From positions 1 through 54,965 of the forward strand of contig CAMUYU010000003.1 in assembly GCA_947164995.1 (NCBI GenBank): a DNA stretch of 54,965 nucleotides, written 5' to 3'. Position numbers and translations under genes: made by a program. Of this stretch, positions 1 through 9,632 are shown one piece after another (the stretch's first letter is position 1; each line of letters opens with the position of its first letter). This DNA comes from an uncultured Clostridia bacterium (GTDB lineage Bacteria > Bacillota > Clostridia > TANB77 > UBA1234). A model generated the notes under the pieces. The model was not told the DNA's origin. It was given only the letters and a program-made list of their open reading frames with translations, and ran no database searches.

Positions 1-491
1 TTATGTCCAACTGCTGTAGTAAGACCTGTATTAACTGTAGCATCTGGTTTTGTAATAAATTCTGACTTCATCCCACCAGAAAAATCATCATTTTTAACAT
101 TCGACCATCCATTTTCATACTCTTGAACAGTAAATTGTGTATCTTTGTACACAGAACCAACTATTGAACTTGTGTCATCTGGTTCTTGGTAAATATTAGC
201 TGAAGAAACATTAACCTTTGCGCCTTCTATAAGTTTGCTTATTGGATTACCATATATGCTACTTTTTGATTCACCAGAATCAATTTCAGCATATGTTGAA
301 CCGCTTGGATTGTTAGCAACAGCATTGTTTATTTCTTCTTCAATAATAGTATTTATTTGCTCTTCTGTTTTTTTGTATGCATCTCCAGAAACATTATAGT
401 TTAAATTAGCATCATTAATTTGAATGCACAACCATACAAATGGTGCAGCAATAATTATCAAAGCAACGATTAGACCTTTTGGACTTCTCAT
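1..491 (-). CDS. Membrane-anchored SH3b-domain protein. The N-terminal 163 codons are present and the C-terminus runs off the window.
   Basis: ATG at 489-491 (complement) lies 8-9 nt downstream of an AGAGGAGGA RBS (about 500-508). I translated the frame by hand and it stays open to position 1. It begins MRSPKGLIVALIIIAAPFVWLC (TM anchor) and contains an SH3b-like stretch ANIYQEPDDTSSIVGSVYKDTQFTVQEYENGWSNVK. It is absent from the ORF track because no stop lies in the window. Confidence 0.6.
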   Translation of the reverse strand, partial: MRSPKGLIVALIIIAAPFVWLCIQINDANLNYNVSGDAYKKTEEQINTIIEEEINNAVANNPSGSTYAEIDSGESKSSIYGNPISKLIEGAKVNVSSANIYQEPDDTSSIVGSVYKDTQFTVQEYENGWSNVKNDDFSGGMKSEFITKPDATVNTGLTTAVGH

Positions 492-568
492 AATAATTCT
501 TCCTCCTCTTTATGAAGATATTATATATTTAATTGAATACAATATCAACATTACAAATTACTCACCTA

Positions 569-2557
569 TTACATGTAATCCTTTAACTTCTTGCTACGAC
601 TTGGATGACGAAGTTTACGAAGTGCTTTAGCTTCAATTTGACGTATACGTTCACGAGTAACATTAAACTCTTTTCCTACTTCTTCAAGTGTTCTTGCTTT
701 TCCATCATCTAAACCAAATCTTAATCTTAAAACTTTTGCTTCTCTAGGTGTTAATGTTTGAATAATTTCATCTAATTGCTCTCTCAAAAGTGCATATGCT
801 GCAAGTTCTGATGGAGATGGTGCATCTTCATCTGGAATAAAATCTCCCAAGTGACTATCTTCTTCTTCACCAATTGGAGTTTCAAGTGATACTGGTTCTT
901 GAGAAACTTTCTTAATCTCTTTAACTCTTTCAACTGGCATTTCCATCTCTTCTGCAACTTCTTCAATGGTCGGTTCTCTACCTAATGATTGAAGTAAGTG
1001 TCTTTGTGTACGAATAAGCTTGTTAATTGTTTCAACCATATGAACAGGAATACGGATAGTTCTAGCCTGGTCTGCTATAGCACGTGTAATTGCTTGTCTA
1101 ATCCACCATGTTGCATATGTAGAAAACTTATAACCTTTTCTATAATCAAATTTTTCAACTGCTTTTATAAGTCCTAGATTTCCTTCTTGAATTAAATCTA
1201 AGAATAACATTCCTCTACCAACATATTTTTTAGCAATACTTACTACTAATCTTAAGTTTGCTTCAGATAATTTCTTTCTAGCGTTTTCATCGCCATCCAT
1301 CATCTTTTGAGCATATTCGATTTCTTCTTCTGCAGTTAGAAGCGGAATCTTACCAATTTCTTTTAAATATAATCTAACTGGATCTTCAATGTTTACTTGA
1401 TCAAGCATGTCTGAATCAGACATATCTTCATCAACTTTAATTTCTTCTTCGATTTTTTCAAGTTCTTCAACATCAGGTTCTAATCCATCATCATCAATAT
1501 CATCAATATCTTCAATGACGTCTATGTTTGCTTGTTCTAATGCTTCATATACTTTTTCAATTGCTTCTGCATCTAAATGCATTTTTTCAAGGGTTTCAAT
1601 CATTTCTTTAAAAGTAATAACACCCTTTTTTTGGAACTTTGCTATAACTATAGCAATTAATTCATCTACTGTTTTTCCTTCGTATGATTCTTCAACTTCT
1701 TTTTGTGCTTTTTTAGAACTCTTTTTTGGTTCTTCTTTTTTATTATCTACAACAACTTCATCTATCTTGATTTGAGCTTCTTCCTTTTCCTTAAGCTCTT
1801 TTTTACTTTCTTTTTCTTCCTTTTTAGTTTTCTTTGGTTTTTCCACGATAGCCTCTTTCTTTAATTTAGAAACACTTTTACCTTTATCTGCCAATTGTTT
1901 AATATCTTTTTTACTTTGAACCTTCTTAACTTCTTTAGCTGGTTTAACTTTTTTAACAGTTTCTTTAACTTTTACATTTTTAGAAGGTTTAACTTTTGAT
2001 TTATCATTCTTCTTTGTTGTCTTTAAAGTATTTTTAGGCGCAACAATCTTACTACTCTTTGTAGCCTTAACTGATTTAACATTTTTTGTTGCTTTAACGC
2101 TTTTAGCATTCTTAACGTTTTTAGTTTGTTTAGTAACTTTAGCTGATTTAGCATTCTTTGCTGTAACTTTGGCATTTTTTGTAGGCTTCGTAGCTTTAGA
2201 AGTTTTAGCATTCTTAGTTACTTTAGCTGATTTAGTTGCCTTTGTAACTTTTGTAGTTTTTGATGCTTTAGTTACTTTTGCAGATTTTGCTTGTTTAACA
2301 TTCTTAGCAGGTTTAACTGATTTAGTTACTTTAGTAGGTTTAGCACTTTTAGCATTTTTTGAAACTTTTACAGTTTTAGCTGATTTGCTTGTTTTAACTG
2401 GTTTTGTATCTTTTGATGTTTTCTTTGGAGCCTTAGTAACTTTCACTTGCTTAACAGGCTTACTAGCTTTTACTTTTTTAGCTGGTTTAGTAGTCTTAAC
2501 TTGCTTAGTTACTTTTGCTTTTTTCTTTAAATCTTTTTTTGATTCTGTTTTCTTCAA
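569..2557 (-). CDS. rpoD: Primary RNA polymerase sigma-70 factor (SigA/RpoD) with a Lys-rich N-terminal extension of about 290 aa.
   Basis: The C-terminal ~370 aa carry all the sigma-70 regions ([100 protein letters not shown]). TTG start with a GAGAGGA RBS. The gene sits directly downstream of dnaG, the classic dnaG-rpoD pair. Confidence 0.95.
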   Translation of the reverse strand: MKKTESKKDLKKKAKVTKQVKTTKPAKKVKASKPVKQVKVTKAPKKTSKDTKPVKTSKSAKTVKVSKNAKSAKPTKVTKSVKPAKNVKQAKSAKVTKASKTTKVTKATKSAKVTKNAKTSKATKPTKNAKVTAKNAKSAKVTKQTKNVKNAKSVKATKNVKSVKATKSSKIVAPKNTLKTTKKNDKSKVKPSKNVKVKETVKKVKPAKEVKKVQSKKDIKQLADKGKSVSKLKKEAIVEKPKKTKKEEKESKKELKEKEEAQIKIDEVVVDNKKEEPKKSSKKAQKEVEESYEGKTVDELIAIVIAKFQKKGVITFKEMIETLEKMHLDAEAIEKVYEALEQANIDVIEDIDDIDDDGLEPDVEELEKIEEEIKVDEDMSDSDMLDQVNIEDPVRLYLKEIGKIPLLTAEEEIEYAQKMMDGDENARKKLSEANLRLVVSIAKKYVGRGMLFLDLIQEGNLGLIKAVEKFDYRKGYKFSTYATWWIRQAITRAIADQARTIRIPVHMVETINKLIRTQRHLLQSLGREPTIEEVAEEMEMPVERVKEIKKVSQEPVSLETPIGEEEDSHLGDFIPDEDAPSPSELAAYALLREQLDEIIQTLTPREAKVLRLRFGLDDGKARTLEEVGKEFNVTRERIRQIEAKALRKLRHPSRSKKLKDYM
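1960..2540 (-). repeat. Degenerate short-period in-frame coding repeat encoding K-x-x-K / (A/S/T)KVTK units of the rpoD N-terminal tail.
   Basis: Reiterated motifs gctttagttac / tttagctgatttag / ttttagcattctt appear on the plus strand. The translation reads [20 protein letters not shown] and similar units many times. Confidence 0.6.
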
Positions 2558-2579
2558 TTTAAAACATCCTCTCTTTTAA

Positions 2580-4388
2580 TCATTTTCTTACAATATTTGA
2601 AATTATTTCCCTTATTTCACTTTCAATTCGATTCTTTTCTTCTGGATCGGTTGTTTGCTTCATAAGTTCCATAAGTTCATTTCTTCTTTGTTGCAATTTT
2701 AATAGTTTAAAGTTTTGCAACACTTCATCTGTAATTTTTTCAAAATCATCTAAAGTGTTTTGCTTAAGCATAACCTTTGTAAGAAGATTTACTTCTTCTT
2801 CTGTCTCACATAATGAAGTCAAATCAATTTCATTGATAGTGCCTAATTCGTATGCCCTATATAACTTTGATAATAAATTCTTACAAGTTCCAGATTTAAA
2901 GTCCCCTTCTTTTACTACTTCTTTAATCTTCTCATAAACTCTTTTTTCTTTAGACGTTAGAAGATACACAATAGTTTCCTCTTCTTGAGAAGAAAGATAG
3001 TTTTTTTCTTCTTTAATTTCTTCGACTTTTGGAATGTTAAGATTTACTACCTTTTTATCTTGTTCTTTAAATAAAAACTTTTCAACTTCTGCTACAAGAG
3101 CTTCCTTACCAACCCCAACCTCTTTTGATAACTTCTCAATATAAATATCTCTTTCAATGTTGTTTGGAAGCTTTGACAAAATCTCTGCCATTTTATTTAA
3201 AAAACGAATTTTTTCTGAAGTATCATTCAAGTTGTAATTTTTCTTAAGATTTAAAATTTTATATTCAACAGCAGTTATACTGTTATCTATAAGCTGATTA
3301 AATTTTTCTGGACCATACTTCAATACGAACTCATCAGGGTCTTTTGCGCCACTCATTTGAAGAACTTTACAAGTTACTCCAAGGTTTTGTAAAACGTCGA
3401 TTCCTCTCATAATAGCATTTTGTCCAGCGTCATCTGAGTCATATGATAATATTACTTCATCAGTATAATTACGTAGAAGCTTTCCTTGATTTTCTGTAAG
3501 AGCAGTACCAAGTGATGCCACAACATTAGTAACTCCCTTAGATACAGGACTTACAACATCCATATATCCTTCAACAACTAAAATCTTTTTTAGCTTACTA
3601 GCATTCTTTTTGGCTAAATTTAAACCATATAAATGTTTACCTTTTGTGTATGCTAAATTTTCTGGTGAATTAACGTATTTAGGAATATGTTTTTCTTTTT
3701 GTTCTTCATTACTTACTAAAGTTCTACCACCAAAAGCAACTACTCTTCCTCTAATATCAAAAATAGGAAACATCAAACGATTCTTAAATTTATCATATAG
3801 CACACCACTTTGTGACTTACCTACTAAACCACTTGCAATTAAATCTTGCTCTTTATATCCTTTTTCTTTTAAAAACTTATAAAGACCATTGTCATCTTTT
3901 GCAAAACCTATCCCAAACTTTCTAACAGTTGAAATATCTAGTTTTCTTGCCGTTAGATAGTCTTGTGCTATTTTGGATGTGTAAATATTTTGATGAAAAA
4001 ATTTACCAGCATCTCTATTAATGTTATATAAAACTGATTTATGATATTCGCGAAGCTTTAACTCTTCATCCTCATCATTACTATCAGCTTTTCCGGCTGT
4101 AATATCTAATTTTGCTCTATCTGCTAAAAATTCCACCGCTTCTTGAAAACCTAGATTTTCAATTTTCATAATAAATGTAATTACATTTCCACCTTGACCA
4201 CAACCAAAGCAATGGAATATTTGTTTATCAGGTGCAACAGAAAAAGATGGTGTTTTTTCTCTATGAAATGGACAATTACCAAAATAATTAGTACCATGTC
4301 TTTTTAAATTTACATAAGAAGAAACAACATCTAAAATATCGTTTGAAGATTTAACTTCCTCTATAAACTCTTCAGAATAATATGCCAT
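2580..4388 (-). CDS. dnaG: DNA primase.
   Basis: Zinc-ribbon CPFHREKTPSFSV...FHCFGCGQGGNVITF and Toprim motifs (VVEGYMDV, SYDSDDAGQNA). The preferred start is the ATG at 4386-4388, 5 nt after AGGTGG. The track ORF begins 3 codons earlier at a GTG. Confidence 0.93.
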   Translation of the reverse strand: MAYYSEEFIEEVKSSNDILDVVSSYVNLKRHGTNYFGNCPFHREKTPSFSVAPDKQIFHCFGCGQGGNVITFIMKIENLGFQEAVEFLADRAKLDITAGKADSNDEDEELKLREYHKSVLYNINRDAGKFFHQNIYTSKIAQDYLTARKLDISTVRKFGIGFAKDDNGLYKFLKEKGYKEQDLIASGLVGKSQSGVLYDKFKNRLMFPIFDIRGRVVAFGGRTLVSNEEQKEKHIPKYVNSPENLAYTKGKHLYGLNLAKKNASKLKKILVVEGYMDVVSPVSKGVTNVVASLGTALTENQGKLLRNYTDEVILSYDSDDAGQNAIMRGIDVLQNLGVTCKVLQMSGAKDPDEFVLKYGPEKFNQLIDNSITAVEYKILNLKKNYNLNDTSEKIRFLNKMAEILSKLPNNIERDIYIEKLSKEVGVGKEALVAEVEKFLFKEQDKKVVNLNIPKVEEIKEEKNYLSSQEEETIVYLLTSKEKRVYEKIKEVVKEGDFKSGTCKNLLSKLYRAYELGTINEIDLTSLCETEEEVNLLTKVMLKQNTLDDFEKITDEVLQNFKLLKLQQRRNELMELMKQTTDPEEKNRIESEIREIISNIVRK

Positions 4389-4418
4389 GTTCACCACCTA
4401 CACATAAACATTCAATGT

Positions 4419-4446
4419 ATTATATCATAAACAGCGAGAAATTCAA
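4419..4446 (-). promoter_or_regulatory. Candidate sigma-A promoter of dnaG-rpoD.
   Basis: On the minus strand: TTGAAT (4441-4446), 16-nt spacer, TGaTATAAT extended -10 (TATAAT at 4419-4424). Confidence 0.45.
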
Positions 4447-4471
4447 ACATATTTTCTATACATATTAATTA

Positions 4472-4500
4472 TTGTAACTCATAGAATAAAATGGTATAAT
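4472..4500 (+). promoter_or_regulatory. Candidate sigma-A promoter of the small lipoprotein gene.
   Basis: TTGTAA (4472-4477), 17-nt spacer, TATAAT (4495-4500). Confidence 0.45.
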
Positions 4501-4539
4501 CACGTTATGTTCACTACACTTTTAAAAGGAGATTTTTCT

Positions 4540-4938
4540 ATGAATATTAAAAGCAATTTATCAATTATGTATACTATTTTAATGATTTTTGCCATTATTA
4601 TGTTACCTGGATGTGGTAAAAATGGTGGATTTATTGCTACAAAAATAACAGAATCAGGTATTGTTATTACAAATGAAATAATTCCTCAAGATGATAAAGT
4701 TACAGTTAAAACTTCTACTACCTATGAAACTAAAGAAAAAGCTATGAAAGCAGTTGCTTATATTGAAGATCCTCAAAATAGGCCTGATGAATTACCAGCA
4801 GATTATACTGTAAAACGTAGTGGAAGAATTGTCACCCTTTCCTATTCAATAGATGCTAGTAAAGAAAACACCCAAGAAATCGTTGAACGTCTAAAAAGTT
4901 CAATAAGTCCAAATGAATATATTATAAAAGATACATAA
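4540..4938 (+). CDS. Small putative lipoprotein.
   Basis: The ATG at 4540 lies 8 nt after AAAGGAG. Signal peptide with a lipobox, MNIKSNLSIMYTILMIFAIIMLPGC. No recognisable catalytic motif. Confidence 0.6.
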   Translation: MNIKSNLSIMYTILMIFAIIMLPGCGKNGGFIATKITESGIVITNEIIPQDDKVTVKTSTTYETKEKAMKAVAYIEDPQNRPDELPADYTVKRSGRIVTLSYSIDASKENTQEIVERLKSSISPNEYIIKDT

Positions 4939-4941
4939 AAA

Positions 4942-4969
4942 AATAAGGCAAGTAATTGCCTTATTTTTT
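4942..4969. terminator. Bidirectional intrinsic terminator shared by the lipoprotein gene and recG.
   Basis: Hairpin ataaggcaa-gta-attgccttat flanked by an A-run and a T-run. Confidence 0.6.
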
Positions 4970-7013
4970 ATATTGTAATTGTCTTAAATAAATCATCTAT
5001 CTTTTCCTTAATCTTAAGATTCTCATCCTTCTTTAAATACGGATCATCAAGTAAAATCTTTTTAGAACACTCTTGTGCTTTCTTTAGTAATTCCATGTCT
5101 GTAAACAAATTAGCAACTTTAAATTCTGGTACACCATGTTGCATAGTACCAAAGAAATCACCAGGACCTCTTAACTTCAAATCTTGTTCAGAAATAACAA
5201 ATCCGTCATTAGTTTGTTCCATTATCTTCATTCTTTGCTTAACTATATCCGAATTTGATTCATATTTTAATATACAATAAGATTTATGCTTACCTCTTCC
5301 AACTCTTCCTCTTAGCTGATGAAGTTGTGCAAGTCCAAATCTTTCCGCATTTTCTACTATCATAAGAGTAGCATTTGGTACGTCAACTCCTACTTCAATT
5401 ACTGTAGTAGAAATCAATATATCTATATCTCCATTTTTAAAAGAAGTCATTATTTCATCTTTTTCTTTATTCTTCATTTTACCATGTAAGAATTTAATTC
5501 TTAAATCAGGAAATACCTTTTTATAGTACTCATACATTAGCTCTACACTTTTTAAATCTGATGCATCAGACTCCTCGATTAACGGACAAACTACATATGC
5601 TTGTCTTCCTTCACCAATTTGTTTTTTAATAAAATCATTGATTCTGTTTTCCATATTCTTCTTAACTGCGTATGTATCTATTTTCTGTCTTCCAGGTGGT
5701 AATTCATCAATAATTGAAATATCTAGATCTCCATATAAAATTAATGCAAGTGTTCTAGGAATAGGTGTTGCAGTCATAACAAGTGTATCTGTACATTCTC
5801 CTTTACTAGAAAGTTTTGCACGTTGTCTAACTCCAAATCTATGTTGCTCATCTGTAATAACAAGACCAACATTTTTAAATTCTATATCTTCTTCAATAAG
5901 TGCATGAGTACCAATAGCAATATCAATTTCACCATTAATTAATTCTTCTTTTAATTTTTCTTTTTGCTTTTTAGTTAAACTACTTGTAAATAATGCACAT
6001 TTTATTCCAAAAGGTTCAAGCATTTTTGAAATGCTCTCATAATGCTGTGTAGCTAGTATTGCAGTAGGTGCCATCATAGAAGCTTGATAACCATTTTTTA
6101 CTGCTTTATACATTGCCATTGCAGCTACAACTGTTTTGCCGGAACCTACATCACCTTGAACAAGTCTATTCATAGCCTTGTTGCTTTCCATATCTTTTCT
6201 AATTTCATTCCATGCTCTCATTTGTGCATTAGTTAATTTAAATGGTAAGACATTTAGAAATTCATCAATATGTTCATCTTCTTTAAACTCTATTCCAACA
6301 TTTTCTACTTTTGCTTTTTCTTTAAAATTTAATAGTCCTAATTGCAATAATAGTAATTCTTGAAAAGCAATTCTTTTTTTTGCAATCATAAAATCTTCTG
6401 TCTTCTCTGGAAAATGAATATTATTAATTGCATAATTTATTTCACAAATATCATAATCTTTCCTAATCCAAGAAGGCAAAAATTCTTCGAATTGATTATT
6501 AGTTATTTTTAATGCATTTTCTATTATACTTCTTATAACATTTTGAGACATTCCATAAGTTAATGGATATAAAGGTATAATCTTACCTGTATTTTTTGTT
6601 TCACCATCTTTATCAAATATAGCATTTGATATTTCAACTCTTCCACCATAAGCGCGTTGTACTTTTCCATAAAATACATACTCTTCTGCAGCATCTATTT
6701 GGTTTTTAATATAGCTTTGATTAAACCACGTTAAAAGTGCAGTACCAGTTTCATCTCTAACAATTACTTTTGTAATTGTCATATTCTTTTTAATCCTTGC
6801 TTCATTTGGTCTGCTAATTGGTACTGCTTTAAAGCACGCAACATCCCCATCTACAAGTTCAGAGATTTTTTTAAAAACACCTCTGTCCTCGTATTCACGT
6901 GGGAAATATGTAACTAAATCTTCTAATGTAAATATTCCAAGTTTATTTAAAAGTGCAACCCTTGCAGGACCTACACCTTTAATAAATTGAATATTTTGTT
7001 TTAAATCAATCAT
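4968..7013 (-). CDS. recG: ATP-dependent DNA helicase RecG.
   Basis: Wedge/OB N-terminus and SF2 helicase motifs (GDVGSGKTVVA, DEQHRFGV, MTATPIPRTL, QLHQLRGRVGRG). RBS GAGGT. Confidence 0.95.
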   Translation of the reverse strand: MIDLKQNIQFIKGVGPARVALLNKLGIFTLEDLVTYFPREYEDRGVFKKISELVDGDVACFKAVPISRPNEARIKKNMTITKVIVRDETGTALLTWFNQSYIKNQIDAAEEYVFYGKVQRAYGGRVEISNAIFDKDGETKNTGKIIPLYPLTYGMSQNVIRSIIENALKITNNQFEEFLPSWIRKDYDICEINYAINNIHFPEKTEDFMIAKKRIAFQELLLLQLGLLNFKEKAKVENVGIEFKEDEHIDEFLNVLPFKLTNAQMRAWNEIRKDMESNKAMNRLVQGDVGSGKTVVAAMAMYKAVKNGYQASMMAPTAILATQHYESISKMLEPFGIKCALFTSSLTKKQKEKLKEELINGEIDIAIGTHALIEEDIEFKNVGLVITDEQHRFGVRQRAKLSSKGECTDTLVMTATPIPRTLALILYGDLDISIIDELPPGRQKIDTYAVKKNMENRINDFIKKQIGEGRQAYVVCPLIEESDASDLKSVELMYEYYKKVFPDLRIKFLHGKMKNKEKDEIMTSFKNGDIDILISTTVIEVGVDVPNATLMIVENAERFGLAQLHQLRGRVGRGKHKSYCILKYESNSDIVKQRMKIMEQTNDGFVISEQDLKLRGPGDFFGTMQHGVPEFKVANLFTDMELLKKAQECSKKILLDDPYLKKDENLKIKEKIDDLFKTITI

Positions 7014-7020
7014 TAATACC

Positions 7021-8235
7021 TCATTCTTTATTATTTGATATATGTAATCTTTCTTTTAAATATTCTTTAATAGCTTTTAAAGAAATCTTAGAATTAAATT
7101 TTTTGTCTTGAAAATCAACCGTACAATCATGTGGAATATCATCCTTAGTAGATAAATCTGCATAGTAATAATCTTTATTATAAGAAAATTCCTTTGTACT
7201 ATAAAGGATCTTTTTATCAGGCGAAATATTTGTAATATCACAATTGTACCAATTATCACCAATTCTAACTTGATTCCATGCATGACCTCCACTATGCAAA
7301 TTATAAAACCTTTTTCCAAAATAATGTGAAATAGAAAGATTAGCATCATATTTTTCTTTTGCATCATTAAATTCAGTCATACTTTCAGGAGCAATATTGG
7401 GTTTGCTTGGATATATATTAAACATGTTTTTTATTCTTTCATTATGATTTTTATTTCTTAGAAATCCTCCAATTGTACTACATTCTATACCAAAATATTC
7501 TGAAGCTTGTTTTAATAGTGTTGCATAGCCAGAACATACGCAACTTTTTTCTAATAATGCATTTTGCATATTTCTAGAATTGATTCTTACAGTATTACTC
7601 TTTTTTCCTTCTTTTGTTATAGCATTTTCATCATATTTAATACCATAAAAAATTCTTACATAAATCTTTCTAAATACTTCATATTGACTTTCAGGATCAT
7701 TTGTTGCATGTGGAATTCCTATAAAAAAACTTAAGAATTCTTTATGCATTTTTATAAAATCATCTTTTGAATAATACACTTTCCAGCCAGGCATTTTTAC
7801 AAACTTTATATTATCATCATCAAGATTTAATGAGTCTACGTTTTTCATAGAATCTAAATATACTACGTGATATTTTAGATGCTCTTGTAACCCTTTAATT
7901 GTATCTTGGTTTAATGTTGCTATATAATCAAGTACTCTCCCGTTTTCACCAAAATCAATAAGTTCATCAAAAAAATCAAACAACTCATCTTCTTCTAATT
8001 TCAAAGATAGATTAGAAAAAATATGCGCCTTATTAATTGATGATAAAGTGTCTATATTATTTTTATAAAAAGTCATATAATCTTCTTCAGATAAAGAAAA
8101 GGCAAACTCTAATAATTTGTACTTTGTATTTGCATCAATAAACTTTACCTTTGAAATCAATATGTTTTTTATTTTCTTTTGTAAATCTTTATAGCGTTTA
8201 GATTCTAGCTTAAAACCTCTAATAGTTTTTTGCAT
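7021..8235 (-). CDS. Transglutaminase-like (papain-fold Cys-His-Asp) domain protein with no signal peptide.
   Basis: C-terminal half: CVCSGYATLL (Cys), GGHAWNQV (His) and WYNCDIT (Asp), with the spacing typical of the transglutaminase-core family. It ends 7 nt upstream of recG. Confidence 0.65.
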   Translation of the reverse strand: MQKTIRGFKLESKRYKDLQKKIKNILISKVKFIDANTKYKLLEFAFSLSEEDYMTFYKNNIDTLSSINKAHIFSNLSLKLEEDELFDFFDELIDFGENGRVLDYIATLNQDTIKGLQEHLKYHVVYLDSMKNVDSLNLDDDNIKFVKMPGWKVYYSKDDFIKMHKEFLSFFIGIPHATNDPESQYEVFRKIYVRIFYGIKYDENAITKEGKKSNTVRINSRNMQNALLEKSCVCSGYATLLKQASEYFGIECSTIGGFLRNKNHNERIKNMFNIYPSKPNIAPESMTEFNDAKEKYDANLSISHYFGKRFYNLHSGGHAWNQVRIGDNWYNCDITNISPDKKILYSTKEFSYNKDYYYADLSTKDDIPHDCTVDFQDKKFNSKISLKAIKEYLKERLHISNNKE

Positions 8236-8252
8236 AAAAACACCTCAAAATA

Positions 8253-8281
8253 ATTTTACACATTAAAACGTTGTCGTTCAA
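8253..8281 (-). promoter_or_regulatory. Candidate sigma-A promoter for the transglutaminase-like gene and recG.
   Basis: On the minus strand: TTGAAC (8276-8281), 17-nt spacer, TAAAAT (8253-8258). Confidence 0.35.
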
Positions 8282-8313
8282 CAACATATACTTTTTGTTA
8301 ACTAAAATTTAAT

Positions 8314-8341
8314 AAAAAACTCCCTCAAATTTTTGAGAGAG
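8314..8341 (-). terminator. Intrinsic terminator after the 8348-9007 gene.
   Basis: On the minus strand: ctctctcaaa-aa-tttgagggag followed by a U6 tract. Confidence 0.6.
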
Positions 8342-8347
8342 TTAAAC

Positions 8348-9007
8348 TTAATTAGATACTAATTGTCTTTTAATCAAATATACAACTGTATATAATTCAT
8401 AATCATTATCTACTTCAATGGTAAACTTTTTATTATTTTGTAAAATAGTTCCAAATATATATTTTTCAGGGAACCCTTCGCAAAATGTTGCAATTTTTGA
8501 ACTATCAAAAAGCCCTTTAAAGTCATCATTAATAGGTTTTTTAGATATAACTGACATCTTCCAGTCATAAAAGTTATTTCGAAGAATAAGTTTTAGCCCT
8601 AGTTTTTTTACTTCTATCATAAATACAGGAAGTTTTACAGATTTTGAAGTGTGAAATGAAACACATTGAGGTTCAATAATTGATAACTCTTCTTCTCCCT
8701 CGTAAAGCATTTCATTAAGAACATCTCTTACAAAAACACATTGCTTAGCCAAACCTTCTCGATATAACAAGGTTGGTCTTGGCCTATTAACACGAACCCA
8801 AGAAGTGATATTTATAGGTAAGTGTTCATCATAATAATTACTAATTAGTTCAATTAATTCTGGGCTAGAAGCATCTTCTTCATAATCATCAATAATCGAA
8901 TAATTAATCTTACTAAAAACTAAATCTGGATCATTAATATCAACGTATTTTTTTAAGTCTTCAAACCGGCTTCTTGATATCCGATACGTTACTTTTTCGT
9001 CTTCCAT
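8348..9007 (-). CDS. Hypothetical protein of about 219 aa with no recognisable motif.
   Basis: Long ORF. The preferred start is the ATG at 9005-9007, 6 nt after AGGAGG (MEDEKVTYRIS...). The track start 10 codons upstream has no RBS. Confidence 0.55.
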   Translation of the reverse strand: MEDEKVTYRISRSRFEDLKKYVDINDPDLVFSKINYSIIDDYEEDASSPELIELISNYYDEHLPINITSWVRVNRPRPTLLYREGLAKQCVFVRDVLNEMLYEGEEELSIIEPQCVSFHTSKSVKLPVFMIEVKKLGLKLILRNNFYDWKMSVISKKPINDDFKGLFDSSKIATFCEGFPEKYIFGTILQNNKKFTIEVDNDYELYTVVYLIKRQLVSN

Positions 9008-9017
9008 ATGCGCCCTC

Positions 9018-9509
9018 CTAGCAATAGTAAAAGTCAAAAGCCTCTTCTAAACTATAAACTGTGTTATAACCTTTATATGGTCCTTTTTCAAATATAAAGG
9101 CTTGACCACCTGATTGTTCCCAATCAACAACATTTTCAATATGATCATCAACAAGAAGATGCCTCGTCAATCCCAGTTTAGGACAAACAACTTCACTTTT
9201 AAGAACATGACCGGGACAAATAATAATATTATTATCAAGGCCATTTTCTCTTAAATAAATAATCTTTTCACGCGCTTCATTAATCGACCAACAAGTCGTT
9301 AGTATAGAAACATATTTCGAAGAATGCATTTTAAGGAATTCAAAACTGTTCTTCTTTGGTCCACATTTTCTAAGCCAACTTCGCCAGTCTAATTCCTTAA
9401 TATACTGTTCTTTTGTGAAATCTTTTCTATACTCTATGATCCGATAATAGTCATCGAAAAGACCATTTTCGGTATCACCAATAACACCATCATAGTCTAA
9501 GTAAATCAT
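9018..9509 (-). CDS. Small HAD-superfamily hydrolase, possibly 5'(3')-deoxyribonucleotidase-like.
   Basis: HAD motif I at the extreme N-terminus (MIYLDYDGVIGDT) and a later LVDDH acidic motif. The size (163 aa) and layout resemble the NT5C-type nucleotidases. Confidence 0.5.
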   Translation of the reverse strand: MIYLDYDGVIGDTENGLFDDYYRIIEYRKDFTKEQYIKELDWRSWLRKCGPKKNSFEFLKMHSSKYVSILTTCWSINEAREKIIYLRENGLDNNIIICPGHVLKSEVVCPKLGLTRHLLVDDHIENVVDWEQSGGQAFIFEKGPYKGYNTVYSLEEAFDFYYC

Positions 9510-9594
9510 GATTTTCCTCCTTTTTTAATTGTAAAAGAGAGCCAAAATACTATTTAATGTTCATAATATAGCATTAAATCGGCTTTTGTGCAAT

Positions 9595-9621
9595 AAAAAA
9601 CGGAAAATCAATGATTTTCCG
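9595..9621 (-). terminator. Intrinsic terminator after ftsH.
   Basis: On the minus strand: cggaaaatca-t-tgattttccg followed by a U6 tract. Confidence 0.65.
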
Positions 9622-9632
9622 TTTGAAATATG

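Noticed and set aside
424-630. 68-aa plus-strand ORF across the intergenic region between the SH3b gene and rpoD.
   Set aside because: It overlaps the 5' end of the SH3b-domain gene and the 3' end of rpoD on the opposite strand. It has no RBS and a nonsense-like sequence.
2169-2579. 136-aa plus-strand ORF, together with 1407-1775 (+) and 2023-2211 (-), overlapping rpoD.
   Set aside because: These are shadow ORFs created by the low-complexity Lys-codon repeat (AAA/AAG on one strand gives Phe/Leu-rich hydrophobic nonsense on the other). They have no RBS and lie fully inside a confidently identified gene.
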